Positions 9,275 through 18,588 of a DNA stretch of 64,000 bases are shown one piece after another. Under the pieces are notes generated by a model that was not told the DNA's origin, did no database searches, and saw only the letters and a list, made by a program, of their open reading frames with translations. Every line of letters begins with the position of its first letter. Position 1 is the stretch's first letter. Made by a program: the position numbers and the translations under genes. Source of the DNA: Patescibacteria group bacterium (GTDB lineage Bacteria; Patescibacteriota; Patescibacteriia; XYB2-FULL-38-15); the NCBI GenBank assembly GCA_041737355.1, contig JBGSRW010000003.1, positions 5,332 through 69,331 of the forward strand, written 5' to 3'.

Positions 9275-10384
9275 CTAAACAAACTTGTCGCACTTTACCG
9301 CGAGAAGAAGAATAATGGAGTTTCTCGTAACGAGTCCGACGACCTTGCCTTTTTCAATTACCGGCAAACGCCCAAAATCGTTATTGGTAAGTTTCAAAAA
9401 GGCATTATAGGCAGTATCGGTCGGCCGGAGTGTTTCCAATTTTTCCGCCCCGGTCATAATAGCCTCTACTCTCGTCGTCCCCCATTTGACTCTCGGTACG
9501 CTTCGTAAATCGTGCAACGTAACCAGTCCAATAAGCTTGTCTCCCTCCTCTACCGGGAAACCTCCTTGCTTATAATCAAGAAATGCCTTAGCCAAATCCC
9601 TAAGCAACATTTTCGGCTGAACTTTTTCAAACTCCCTGTCCATAATTCCGTCTATCCTGACGTGATCCAAAACCGACTCCATCATTTGTTGCTTTAAGCT
9701 TGACCCGGCGGCTTGTATTAAAAACCAGCTAATTACTATCATCCACAAACCTCCGACAAAATTATTTTCCAGAAGAAGTTTTATCCCCCAAAGGGTAAGC
9801 AGGAAAGCGATAACCCGGCTGACAACAACGGCCCGGCGGGTAGCCCGGTCTATATCGTCCGAGGCCGCCCAAAGCGCCGAACGAAAAACTCTACCTCCAT
9901 CAAGAGGGAAGGCAGGAATTAAATTAAAGGCTCCCAAAATCCCATTTATTAGAAATAGATAATGGGCAATAGCCGCTCCCGTTAAACCAATATTTACCCC
10001 GGCCAACACCCAAAAAACACCTGCCAGAAAAAAACTGGCCAGAGGTCCAGCGATCGCCATACTGAATTCATCGGAGGGTTTTTTCGGCTCGGTTATCATT
10101 TCGGCAACTCCTCCGAAAACAAACAAAGTAATGCTCTTAACGACGATATTGCGTCTCTTACCGATCAAAGAATGGGAAAGCTCATGGAAAAGAACTGAAG
10201 CAAAAAGAAAAAATGCGGCTACGGCAGCGGCGAGCCAATAAATTGTATCTGTCCAGCCAGGGTAATTAGCCGGAAAATAAAATTGCGCCAGTGACCAGAT
10301 AACAAGAAAAAAAATCAAAAACCACGAATAATGGATTTTAATTTCTATTTCCTTAATTTTTCCTAAACAGAAAGCATTGTGCAT
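9275..10384 (-). CDS. Site-2 protease family (M50B) zinc metalloprotease with C-terminal CBS pair
   Basis: 369 aa. HELSH zinc motif inside a TM helix. Second motif NLIPAFPLDGG. Two CBS domains at the C-terminus. Confidence 0.8.
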   Translation of the reverse strand: MHNAFCLGKIKEIEIKIHYSWFLIFFLVIWSLAQFYFPANYPGWTDTIYWLAAAVAAFFLFASVLFHELSHSLIGKRRNIVVKSITLFVFGGVAEMITEPKKPSDEFSMAIAGPLASFFLAGVFWVLAGVNIGLTGAAIAHYLFLINGILGAFNLIPAFPLDGGRVFRSALWAASDDIDRATRRAVVVSRVIAFLLTLWGIKLLLENNFVGGLWMIVISWFLIQAAGSSLKQQMMESVLDHVRIDGIMDREFEKVQPKMLLRDLAKAFLDYKQGGFPVEEGDKLIGLVTLHDLRSVPRVKWGTTRVEAIMTGAEKLETLRPTDTAYNAFLKLTNNDFGRLPVIEKGKVVGLVTRNSIILLLAVKCDKFV

Positions 10385-10407
10385 AAAAAAATATGTCTAT
10401 TTAGATA

Positions 10408-11565
10408 TTACCAACTCCGATAAACCTTTTCTGTTTCCGCAACAATTCTACCCCAGTCAAAATTTTCTTCAATAAACTTTTTTCCTCTACCTCCGCGCCC
10501 TTCCACGATTTCCGGAGAATTCAGAAGATAAATAATTTTTTCGTACAGATCATCGATATTTTTTGTTTCAAAAGAAAAGCCTGAATGGTCTATTGTTTCC
10601 AAATTTTCCGGGATATTGCTTATCAGGACGCACGTCCCGTAAGACATGGCCTCGAGAATCGTTATGGAAAGACCCTCCGCTTCGGAGGGATGAATATAAA
10701 GATAGGCGTTTGCGAAAAGCTGTTTTAACGGTTCGCCGGTCTGAAAACCGGTAAAAATTATATTCTCACTCTGCTCGGCCAGTTTGTTCAGGTAAGCGGA
10801 ATAATCGTCGGTAAAACTCGGAGCGCCGACAATCACCAGTTTTTTTATCTTTCCTCCTGGCCAATTTTCCGCCGCAGTACCTAATTTTTTTTCCAAATTC
10901 TTGTAGGCCTGAATCAAGTAATGAATACCCTTATGCCTGATGAGGCGGGCTACCGTCAAAATATATTCTTTTTTTTCTAAGCCGAATTCTTTGATTTTCT
11001 CAGTCCCGATGCTCTTCTCTACGGAAACCCCGTTGGGAATATAAAAAATACTTTTTCCAAACTTTTCCCGGCAATATTTTTGAATCGACTGGGAAACGGC
11101 AATAGTCAGATCGGGAAAATGACAAGCGGTCCATTCTCCCCACCCCAGATAAATTCTCGCAAACCATCCCCATTTCTTATGAAAACGGTCAATGCTGTGA
11201 AAGGTAACCACGATTTTAGCTCGCGGTTTTAGTATCCGGGGAATCCAGGCCAAAGTCGATGGCCCGACTCCGTGATAATGGATAATATCAACTTTTTTGA
11301 AAAGAACATGCAGGGTGGCCAAAAAAGTGTGGGTAATAGTATCAAAATTTTTAGTCGGAACGGATGGCAGGGAAACCAAATTTACCCCCTTATATTTTTT
11401 TTGTCCGTTGATTATAAAGCGTGGCCGGACGTAAACGTAGACTTCGTGTCCGCGGGAAGCCAAACGAGCTGCCAATTCTTCCACATGCCTCTCAACTCCC
11501 CCGTCCCGGATGAAGGGAATCCCCTTCTGGCCTATCATGGCAATTCTCATAAATCCTCTTGCCAA
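10408..11565 (-). CDS. Glycosyltransferase family 4 (GT-B, group 1)
   Basis: 385 aa. The N-terminal and C-terminal GT4 domains are both present, with the E-x7-E-like region (EAEGLSITILEAMSYG). Paralog of the partial gene at 62998-64000. Confidence 0.75.
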   Translation of the reverse strand: MARGFMRIAMIGQKGIPFIRDGGVERHVEELAARLASRGHEVYVYVRPRFIINGQKKYKGVNLVSLPSVPTKNFDTITHTFLATLHVLFKKVDIIHYHGVGPSTLAWIPRILKPRAKIVVTFHSIDRFHKKWGWFARIYLGWGEWTACHFPDLTIAVSQSIQKYCREKFGKSIFYIPNGVSVEKSIGTEKIKEFGLEKKEYILTVARLIRHKGIHYLIQAYKNLEKKLGTAAENWPGGKIKKLVIVGAPSFTDDYSAYLNKLAEQSENIIFTGFQTGEPLKQLFANAYLYIHPSEAEGLSITILEAMSYGTCVLISNIPENLETIDHSGFSFETKNIDDLYEKIIYLLNSPEIVEGRGGRGKKFIEENFDWGRIVAETEKVYRSW

Positions 11566-11656
11566 AAATAAATCTTCTTGGTATTATTATATCAGATTTT
11601 GGAAAAGATTACTATTTAAAGGCAATTTATCAAGCTTTTTTTGTTTTAGCCTTTCC

Positions 11657-11729
11657 GACCCGGTAGCTCAGCTGGTAGAGCATCTGCCTTTTAAGCAGAG
11701 GGTCCTGGGTTCGAGCCCCAGCCGGGTCA
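11657..11729 (+). tRNA. tRNA-Lys (anticodon UUU)
   Basis: GACCCGGUAGCUCAGCUGGUAGAGCAUCUGCCUUUUAAGCAGAGGGUCCUGGGUUCGAGCCCCAGCCGGGUCA. Anticodon stem UCUGC/GCAGA with loop CUUUUAA. Canonical D-arm and T-arm. Confidence 0.85.
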
Positions 11730-11805
11730 TTTTGTTTATTTGCCGTGAAAATAGCGATTCACGCCTTGGGTTGCAAATGAAGCCAAGCTGAGATTTATGA
11801 ATTAG

Positions 11806-11834
11806 AAAAACCTTCAAAACGAAGGCTTTTTTTG
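11806..11834 (+). terminator. Putative rho-independent terminator downstream of tRNA-Lys
   Basis: aaaaaccttc-aaaac-gaaggcttttttt. Short stem followed by a T-run. Confidence 0.4.
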
Positions 11835-11884
11835 TTGTTGGGCCAGAGAACACGACGGGCGTATTTATCATTAATGCCCACTGC

Positions 11885-11913
11885 TTGACAAAATCACCGA
11901 TTTATTATAAAAT
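11885..11913 (+). promoter_or_regulatory. Sigma-70-type promoter (TTGACA-N17-TAAAAT) for the GGDEF gene
   Basis: TTGACA at 11885-11890, 17-nt spacer, TAAAAT at 11908-11913. About 50 nt upstream of an AAGGAGGAG Shine-Dalgarno site and the ATG at 11963. Confidence 0.5.
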
Positions 11914-11962
11914 CTTAGATCGTCATAACGGCACAAGCAACATCTTAAAGAAGGAGGAGACG

Positions 11963-12598
11963 ATGTTTGAAGGAATGACGCGCGAAGAGATAATCGCGCA
12001 GTTCCAGCGGACGATCGAAGCGGACGTCGCCCGAAAAGAAAATCTCGAAAAAAGAATCAAGGAACTCGAGGCCGAAAACCGGCAACTACGCCGGCTGATC
12101 GGCGTCGACCATCTGACCGGCATTCCGGTTCGTTACCGCGTCATGAAATTTCTGGAAAACGAAATCGCCCGCTGCCGGCGCTACGACGGATCGACCTTCA
12201 GCGTGCTTTTTCTCGACATCGACCACTTCCGGAAAATCAACGAGAATCTCGGCCACCTGGGAGGAGACGCGGTCTTGCGCGAACTTGCCCAGCGGCTCCA
12301 GGCCGCCCTGCGGCGCTACGATGCCATCGGCCGGTACGGCGGCGAGGAATTCTTGATTGTCCTGCCAAACACGCCTGGCGACAAGGCAATTCTTGCAGCC
12401 GAACGTCTCCGTGAGAAGATCGTCGCCGCAAAGCCATTCGTCTACGGCGATAAAACCGTGACGGTTACCGTGAGCATCGGCATTTCCCAATTCCGCCGCG
12501 AAGACACGGCCCCCGACCTGATCGAGGCCGCCGACATGGCTATGTTCCGGACTAAGGACCGGGGACGGAACTGCGTCGAGCCGGACAGTCGGCCGTAG
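11963..12598 (+). CDS. GGDEF-domain diguanylate cyclase (coiled-coil N-terminus, GGEEF active site, RxxD I-site)
   Basis: The track ORF begins at 11885, but the start is more likely the ATG at 11963, preceded by AAGGAGGAG (11951-11959). GGDEF core LTGIPVRYRVMKF...FSVLFLDIDHFKKINE-like...GGDAVLRELA...RYGGEEFLIVLPNT, with the I-site RRYD five residues upstream. The gene is conspicuously GC-rich relative to its flanks. Confidence 0.85.
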   Translation: MFEGMTREEIIAQFQRTIEADVARKENLEKRIKELEAENRQLRRLIGVDHLTGIPVRYRVMKFLENEIARCRRYDGSTFSVLFLDIDHFRKINENLGHLGGDAVLRELAQRLQAALRRYDAIGRYGGEEFLIVLPNTPGDKAILAAERLREKIVAAKPFVYGDKTVTVTVSIGISQFRREDTAPDLIEAADMAMFRTKDRGRNCVEPDSRP

Positions 12599-12611
12599 AA
12601 ATTAACCTCGC

Positions 12612-12670
12612 AAGGACAGAAAAACCCATCCAGGGAGGAAGGGTTTCTAAAATTCTGTCCTTGTTTTTTT
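12612..12670 (+). terminator. Rho-independent terminator (long nested hairpin plus T-run) between the GGDEF gene and murG
   Basis: aaggacagaa...aaaccc...gggttt...ttctgtcctt followed by gttttttt. Confidence 0.55.
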
Positions 12671-12676
12671 ATTATT

Positions 12677-13747
12677 TTATCTTTTTATAATCTTAAAAAT
12701 TTCCTCAACTATAGTCCCCGCCGCCCCGATTTTCATTACGCCTTTCATGTTTCTGCTTAAATTTTCCAATTCCACCTTGTTGTTTAACAATTCCCTGGCG
12801 GAAGAAGAGAAATTTTCCGGCGTCATGTCTGCTTGCTCGATGATCCGTACCGCATTATTTTTTTTAAAATACCAGGCATTATCCTCCTGATGGCTTTTCG
12901 GCATGGGTACGAGTACCGTCGGCTTACCGAGAGCCGCAAGCTCGGTAAGCGTCCCAAGCCCAGCTCTTGAAATTACCAGATCGGCAACCGCGTAAGCGTC
13001 CTTGAGCTGTCCGGCTAAAAAATCGAAAACGTGATAACGCCCTGCACCGTTCCCGGACAAATTATTTCCAAACCGTCCACCCGTTACGTGGATAACCTGA
13101 CAAAATTTTACGAGCTCCGGTGCGGCTTTCAAAACAACCTCGTTCAATTTAAGCGCGCCCGTTCCCCCGCCTAAAACCAATATCGTCGGAATATTTTCTT
13201 CCAGACCGAAAAATTTTAAAGCCGCTTCCTTATCCCCCGAAAAAATTTCCCGCCGTACGGGATTCCCTGTCCATATCGCTTTAGGAAAATATTTTTTTCC
13301 TTCCGGAAAAGCGACTGTTACGAGCTTGGCGAAAGGAGCGGTAAGCTTATTGGCCAAACCGGGCCTGATATCCTGCTGATGAACAAGGCTCGGAACGCCG
13401 AGAACCCAGCCGGCCCAAACAACCGGCACTCCGACGAAACCGCCGGCTGATAAAATAATTTTTGGTTTGAATCTTAAAATTATCCAGAGGGCTTTTAAAA
13501 AACCTCCGGTAATCAGAAACGGAATTAATAAATTAAATCCGGAAAAATAGCGTCTTAATTTCCCAGCCGGAATTTTTTCAAAAACTAAACCGTTGGCGCG
13601 GATAAGTTCCGCCTCCGGACCGTTATTGGTCCCCAACCATAAAAAATCTGCTCCGGGCATTTTAGTTCTGATTTCTTCGGCTAAAGACAGAAGCGGAGTT
13701 ACCGAACCCATTGTTCCGCCTCCGGTTAAAATAATTTTGTAGTCCAT
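12677..13747 (-). CDS. murG: Undecaprenyldiphospho-muramoylpentapeptide beta-N-acetylglucosaminyltransferase MurG
   Basis: 356 aa. N-terminal GGGTMGSVTPLL glycine-rich loop. GT28 N-terminal and C-terminal domains. Follows ftsW. Confidence 0.9.
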   Translation of the reverse strand: MDYKIILTGGGTMGSVTPLLSLAEEIRTKMPGADFLWLGTNNGPEAELIRANGLVFEKIPAGKLRRYFSGFNLLIPFLITGGFLKALWIILRFKPKIILSAGGFVGVPVVWAGWVLGVPSLVHQQDIRPGLANKLTAPFAKLVTVAFPEGKKYFPKAIWTGNPVRREIFSGDKEAALKFFGLEENIPTILVLGGGTGALKLNEVVLKAAPELVKFCQVIHVTGGRFGNNLSGNGAGRYHVFDFLAGQLKDAYAVADLVISRAGLGTLTELAALGKPTVLVPMPKSHQEDNAWYFKKNNAVRIIEQADMTPENFSSSARELLNNKVELENLSRNMKGVMKIGAAGTIVEEIFKIIKR

Positions 13748-13750
13748 ACT

Positions 13751-14872
13751 TTAGTCTTTAGTATGTTTGGAAATATTCGCCATAATACCTGATGCCGCAA
13801 GACACATTGTCAGAGCCGTACCGCCGTAGCTTATCAAGGGCAACGGAATACCTGTCAACGGTAAAATCCCCACCATAGCCCCGATGTTTATTAAAGCTTG
13901 AAAAACAATCCAGCTCGTAATCCCGGTTGCCAGAAGGCGGCCGAAACCGTCCGGAGCTCCTTGGGCAATTTTAAAACCTCTTATGGCCAAAAAAATAAAA
14001 GCGACAACCAGTCCTACGACAAGAATAAATCCGAGCTCTTCGGCGATAATCGCAAAAATGGAATCCCCCGCTACTTCCGGAAGATATTGAAATTTTTGCC
14101 GCGAAAGACCCAGTCCCAAACCGAAAAAACCTCCGGAACCTATGGCTAAAAGAGCCTGATTGATATGGTACCCGATACCTTGAGGATCAAGCTCCGGGTG
14201 TAAAAAGGTCATCAGACGGGCGGCCCGATAAGGCGCGATCTTTATTAAAAGAAAAAACAGCAAGGCCCCCGCTCCGGAAATCCAACTTAAGTGCAAAAGC
14301 GGAGCGCCGGCGGAGAAATAAACAACAAGAGAAATTACGGCGATAACCGAGAGTGTCCCGATGTCCGGCTGCAAAACCATCAAAATAACAATGATTCCGA
14401 AAGCGGCTATGAATGGGATAAAACTGGATGCGGTATCGCGCATATCTCTTCCTCCGCGTTTCGGACCAAGCCAGGCTGCCAGATAAATTAAAAATGTCAG
14501 TTTGACAATCTCCGCGGGTTGGAGCGACATCCCCCCGATATTAATCCAGCTTTTCGCCCGGCCATAACCGGCTCCCAGGCCTGGGATAAAAACCAACAAC
14601 AGAAGAACTATGGAAGCAGCCAGAAAAGGAAGGGCATATTTTTTTAACTTGCGGTAGTCGGTCCCGGCAATAACAAAAAATGCGGCCAGACCGGGTAATA
14701 ATCCAAAAATAATTTGATGTTTTACGTACCAGTAATTATCCCCGAATTTTTCGTAAGCGACGGCCGAGCTCGCTGAAGAAAGCATAATCAGCCCGAAAAC
14801 AATAATCGCTCCGACCAGGCCAATAAAAACATAATCAGGCTTATGCATAAATTTACCCCAGCCCCCTGTCAA
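13751..14872 (-). CDS. ftsW: SEDS-family peptidoglycan glycosyltransferase FtsW/RodA
   Basis: 373 aa, about 10 TM helices. Conserved SEDS motifs. Sits between mraY and murG. The true start may be the internal MHKPDYVF. Confidence 0.85.
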   Translation of the reverse strand: MTGGWGKFMHKPDYVFIGLVGAIIVFGLIMLSSASSAVAYEKFGDNYWYVKHQIIFGLLPGLAAFFVIAGTDYRKLKKYALPFLAASIVLLLLVFIPGLGAGYGRAKSWINIGGMSLQPAEIVKLTFLIYLAAWLGPKRGGRDMRDTASSFIPFIAAFGIIVILMVLQPDIGTLSVIAVISLVVYFSAGAPLLHLSWISGAGALLFFLLIKIAPYRAARLMTFLHPELDPQGIGYHINQALLAIGSGGFFGLGLGLSRQKFQYLPEVAGDSIFAIIAEELGFILVVGLVVAFIFLAIRGFKIAQGAPDGFGRLLATGITSWIVFQALINIGAMVGILPLTGIPLPLISYGGTALTMCLAASGIMANISKHTKD

Positions 14873-15902
14873 CCAAAGAAATAATTAAACCAATAACCGC
14901 CGTTACGCCGGCAATGACCCAAAAACGCATAACAATTTTCGGTTCGGTCCAGCCGATAGCTTCAAGATGATGGTGTATCGGGGTAGAAAGAAAAATTTTC
15001 TTCCCGCGTATTTTTTTTGAAATTATTTGTACTATAACGGAAACAGACTCGACCACGAAAACAAAACCGATAATCGGGAGAAGAAAAACCGAATTGGTAA
15101 GCATAGCGACAACGCCGAGCGTGACGCCAAGTGACATCGCTCCGGTATCACCCATAAAAAACCTGGCTGGATTTATATTAAACCAAAGGAAAGCCAAAAG
15201 TGATCCGACAATTACCCCGCAGAAAGCGGCCAGATCAATCTTTCCCTGAGAGAAAGCGATTGCTCCGAAAGCGGCGAACGAAGCAAGGAGAAGTCCGCCA
15301 GCCAAACCGTCCAAGCCGTCACTCTCATTTACCGAGAAAGAAGTCGCCACAATAATAAAAATAAATAGAGGAATGGTCCACCAATCAATAACAAAATTTC
15401 CCAAAAAGGGAATATGGATCGTATCCCAATCAAGTTTAAAATAAAACCACCAGGCTCCTATAAGTGCGATTAAGGTATAAATTATTAATCTATGACGCAT
15501 CCGGAGTCCGCCGCCGTTAGGCCCGATTCTCCTCACGTTTAAATAATCGTCAAGCAGACCGACTAACGCCGAAGCGACGAGAACCCCGAGCGGCAACAAT
15601 GTCTGGGATCTTGTCAAAAAATCCAGATTTTTGAAAATTTCTATATTCGTCCACTGTCCGAGATAGAAAAAGAATACGGCCAGGAAAAATACCGTAACCC
15701 ATATCAACAACCCGCCCATTGTCGGAGTACCCGCCTTGGCTTTATGAAGCGACGACATTATCGGAGCCGATTTTTCGTCCCTGATTTGTTTTCCCAGCTT
15801 GTGTTTGAACAAAAAATAAGTCAAAAACGGAGTCCAGCTCATTGCTAAAATAAAAGCTAATGTTGTCAAAACAAAAATTTTAATAACGCTGAAGCTATCC
15901 AT
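14853..15902 (-). CDS. mraY: Phospho-N-acetylmuramoyl-pentapeptide transferase MraY
   Basis: 349 aa polytopic membrane protein. Conserved MraY motifs (TPTMGGLLIW, NxxDGxDGL as NESDGLDGLAGG, HHH region PIHHHLE). Confidence 0.9.
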   Translation of the reverse strand: MDSFSVIKIFVLTTLAFILAMSWTPFLTYFLFKHKLGKQIRDEKSAPIMSSLHKAKAGTPTMGGLLIWVTVFFLAVFFFYLGQWTNIEIFKNLDFLTRSQTLLPLGVLVASALVGLLDDYLNVRRIGPNGGGLRMRHRLIIYTLIALIGAWWFYFKLDWDTIHIPFLGNFVIDWWTIPLFIFIIVATSFSVNESDGLDGLAGGLLLASFAAFGAIAFSQGKIDLAAFCGVIVGSLLAFLWFNINPARFFMGDTGAMSLGVTLGVVAMLTNSVFLLPIIGFVFVVESVSVIVQIISKKIRGKKIFLSTPIHHHLEAIGWTEPKIVMRFWVIAGVTAVIGLIISLVDRGLG

Positions 15903-15910
15903 AAAATTAA

Positions 15911-16303
15911 TTACTGATTAATCATTACAACCATGAAAGAAGCGCCCAAAAGGATGATCTGGATAAAAAGACCCGTACCGGCCAAAAAATATCCGATAAC
16001 TCTGTCGCGTAAATAAACTATATCCGATACCAGAAAATTTATTAGTATAAAAAATGCTCCCGCGAGAGGCACGACAAAAACCTTCTTCCATTCCCCCACT
16101 AAGTCAACGCCAAAATAAATATTATAATGAAGAGGAATTATATCGCCGGAACTACCGAGCCTTGAAAATTTCATATAAAGAAAAGCCCAAATACCAAAAT
16201 TAATAACTAAAGATATACCAAAAATTATCTGAAAAAATATATCCTTAAAAATTAGGACAGTGAAACCTCTAAATATATTTTTTATTCCCGCCCGCAGATC
16301 CAT
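15911..16303 (-). CDS. Small integral membrane protein, function unknown
   Basis: 130 aa, 3-4 hydrophobic helices. No recognisable motif. Confidence 0.4.
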   Translation of the reverse strand: MDLRAGIKNIFRGFTVLIFKDIFFQIIFGISLVINFGIWAFLYMKFSRLGSSGDIIPLHYNIYFGVDLVGEWKKVFVVPLAGAFFILINFLVSDIVYLRDRVIGYFLAGTGLFIQIILLGASFMVVMINQ

Positions 16304-16309
16304 AAATTT

Positions 16310-17518
16310 CTATTTAATCGGCGACATTTTCCTCAAGCGCTCGATAATTCCCGGAAGAACTGAAAGAAGTGCCTGAATATCCTTTTCGGTATTATCCCTG
16401 CCTAAAGTTATGCGCAAACTTCCGTGGGAAATTTCGGGGGAAACACCCATGGCTGTCAAGACGTGCGAAGGTTCAAGAGAGCCTGACGAACAAGCCGAAC
16501 CGGTGGAAACGGCAATCCCTTCCATATCGAGCATCAGGAGGATACTTTCTCCTTCAACATTTTTAAAACAAAAATTTGCGTTCCCAGCCACCCTCTCTTT
16601 CAAATCTCCGTTCACAACCGCGTCTTTTATTTTTTTGATAACGCCCTTAATTAATTTATCACGTAATTTTCTAATTTTTAAATTTTGATTCTTTATTCCG
16701 GATTTCTGACTCAACAGCTCGACGGCTTTGCCCAAACCGACAATACCCGCGACATTTTCCGTACCCGATCTTAGACCCTGTTCTTGATGCCCGCCAAAAA
16801 CTAAGGGGTATAGGGGTGTGCCACCCCGGACAAAGAGGGTGCCTGTTCCCTTTGGCCCGTAAATTTTATGGGCTGAAATAGAAAGAAGGTCAACGCCAAG
16901 AAAATCCACCCGGCAATCACAAAAATTGGCGGCTTGCACGGCATCGGTATGAAAATAAATTTTGTCTTCTTTCTTACTTCTCTCGCTATTGATTTTTTTT
17001 ATCAAACCGCCTATTTCTGGAATGGGCTGAATTGTTCCTACTTCATTATTCACGTACATTACAGAAACAAGAATCGTTTCTGGACGAATAGCCTTCTTCA
17101 CTTCCTCGACTTCCACCAAACCAAATTTTGTCACTGGCAGATAAGTCACTTCTACTCCTTCCTTTTTTAATTCACGGCAAACTTCAAGAACGGCCGGATG
17201 CTCAATGGCCGAGGCGATCACGTGCAATTTTCTTTGCGGGTTTTCCCCTCTCGCCCGCCTGACCAAACCTAAAATCGCCAAATTATTGCTTTCCGTCGCG
17301 CCCGAGGTAAAAATTATTTCCCGCGGATCACAAACCAAAAATTTAGCTACCAGTTCGCGTGCTTCCTCAACCCCGGCCCGCGCCTTCTGGCCGAAAGAAT
17401 GAAGCGACGAGGCATTGCCAAAATCAGCCGTGAGATACGGCTTCATTGCGCCGAACACCTCTTTGTCCAAAGGAGTGGTAGCTGAATGATCCAAGTAAAT
17501 ACGTTTCATAAATGCCAA
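16310..17518 (-). CDS. iscS: Cysteine desulfurase (IscS/NifS, class V aminotransferase)
   Basis: 402 aa. PLP-lysine region SISAHKIYGPKGTGTLFVR. Active-site Cys loop STGSACSSGS. Confidence 0.9.
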   Translation of the reverse strand: MAFMKRIYLDHSATTPLDKEVFGAMKPYLTADFGNASSLHSFGQKARAGVEEARELVAKFLVCDPREIIFTSGATESNNLAILGLVRRARGENPQRKLHVIASAIEHPAVLEVCRELKKEGVEVTYLPVTKFGLVEVEEVKKAIRPETILVSVMYVNNEVGTIQPIPEIGGLIKKINSERSKKEDKIYFHTDAVQAANFCDCRVDFLGVDLLSISAHKIYGPKGTGTLFVRGGTPLYPLVFGGHQEQGLRSGTENVAGIVGLGKAVELLSQKSGIKNQNLKIRKLRDKLIKGVIKKIKDAVVNGDLKERVAGNANFCFKNVEGESILLMLDMEGIAVSTGSACSSGSLEPSHVLTAMGVSPEISHGSLRITLGRDNTEKDIQALLSVLPGIIERLRKMSPIK

Positions 17519-17535
17519 TTACTATTCGATTAATT

Positions 17536-17760
17536 CTATACCGCGACAACCTCTTTAATTTCTTTCATTTTTGATTTCAACACTCTTGCAATCCCCTGCT
17601 CCAGAGTCATCGCAGCCATAGGACAATGGTGGCAAGCGCCAACGAGTCTTACTTTTACTATTCCTTTTTTCTCATCAACCTCAACCAATTCAACGTCGCC
17701 GCCGTCCGCCTTGAGAGCCGGTCTTATTTCGTCCAAAATTTTTTTTATTTTTTCTTTCAT
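17536..17760 (-). CDS. NifU-like (Nfu-type) Fe-S cluster carrier domain protein
   Basis: 74 aa. CxxC motif GACHHCP within an Nfu/NifU C-terminal domain (ADGGDVELVEVDEKKGIVKVRLVGAC). Confidence 0.75.
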   Translation of the reverse strand: MKEKIKKILDEIRPALKADGGDVELVEVDEKKGIVKVRLVGACHHCPMAAMTLEQGIARVLKSKMKEIKEVVAV

Positions 17761-17764
17761 AATA

Positions 17765-18160
17765 TTATTTTTTTATTTTTTTAATGGCATCACGAAGAGC
17801 CTCTATCGCTAAAACCGAACAATGAAGTTTTACCGGCGGAAGGCCGTCCAACGAATCGGCAATATTTTTTTTATCAATCTTGGCCGCCTCTTCGAGCGAT
17901 TTTCCCTTAACCAAATCCGTTATCATCGACGATGTCGCAATAGCCGCGGCGCAACCGAGCGTCTCAAATTTTATATCTTTAATATAATCTATTTCCTTGC
18001 CTTTATTTTTTTTCTTGTCAATTTTTATATACAGTTTCATCATATCCCCACAAAGCGGATTTCCCGCCTCTCCTACCACCGTCGGATTGGCGATAACGCC
18101 CTGGTTATGGGGTTTTTTAAAATGTTCTATAACCTTTTTTGAATATATAATTTGACTCAT
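17765..18160 (-). CDS. iscU: Fe-S cluster assembly scaffold IscU/SufU-like
   Basis: 131 aa. Three conserved Cys (NPLCGDMM, LGCAAA, LPPVKLHCS) and the LAIEALRDAIK C-terminal helix. Confidence 0.85.
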   Translation of the reverse strand: MSQIIYSKKVIEHFKKPHNQGVIANPTVVGEAGNPLCGDMMKLYIKIDKKKNKGKEIDYIKDIKFETLGCAAAIATSSMITDLVKGKSLEEAAKIDKKNIADSLDGLPPVKLHCSVLAIEALRDAIKKIKK

Positions 18161-18180
18161 ATAATTAAAAAATAAAAAAA

Positions 18181-18432
18181 TTAACCCTTGCCCTCCTGAC
18201 TCTTTTCTAATCTCTGATAGTAAGCATCTATCATGTCTTTTACTTCCGGGCCAAAAATTTGGTGGTATCTTTTGAGAGCCGCCCTGATTTCACCGGCTAT
18301 TTCCGCTTTGCGTTCTTCGCCCGCGTCGGAGCCGTCCATTTCTTTGAATAACCGATCGATTTCCGTCATTATTTCCACCTCTGCCGCGGCTTCTGGGGAC
18401 AGAGCTTCGCCGCCGTTACGCGTCTTTGCCAT
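18181..18432 (-). CDS. Small acidic hypothetical protein
   Basis: 83 aa, helical, no motif recognised. GC slightly above local background. Confidence 0.3.
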   Translation of the reverse strand: MAKTRNGGEALSPEAAAEVEIMTEIDRLFKEMDGSDAGEERKAEIAGEIRAALKRYHQIFGPEVKDMIDAYYQRLEKSQEGKG

Positions 18433-18518
18433 ATATAAATTACAAACAAAAATTAATCATGCTTTTCCCTATTATATCGTATTCTTACCTAAAATTCAAG
18501 GCGGAGCGAGTAAACCAT

Positions 18519-18547
18519 TTGACAATTTTAAAAAGGTCGTCTAAAAT
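18519..18547 (+). promoter_or_regulatory. Sigma-70-type promoter TTGACA-N17-TAAAAT upstream of rpmA
   Basis: TTGACA at 18519-18524, 17-nt spacer, TAAAAT at 18542-18547. 41 nt upstream of the rpmA ATG. Confidence 0.55.
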
Positions 18548-18588
18548 AGGAAAATGTCCATAAAATTTAACCTTTAAATTATAGCAAT

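Noticed and set aside
11510-11871. ORFs 11510-11791 (+) and 11668-11871 (-)
   Set aside because: They overlap the tRNA-Lys gene and its flanking terminator/promoter. No coding signal.
12086-12490. Minus-strand ORFs (12086-12490, 12237-12437, 11923-12123) opposite the GGDEF gene
   Set aside because: Antisense artefacts of a GC-rich gene. The GGDEF frame has clear domain motifs.
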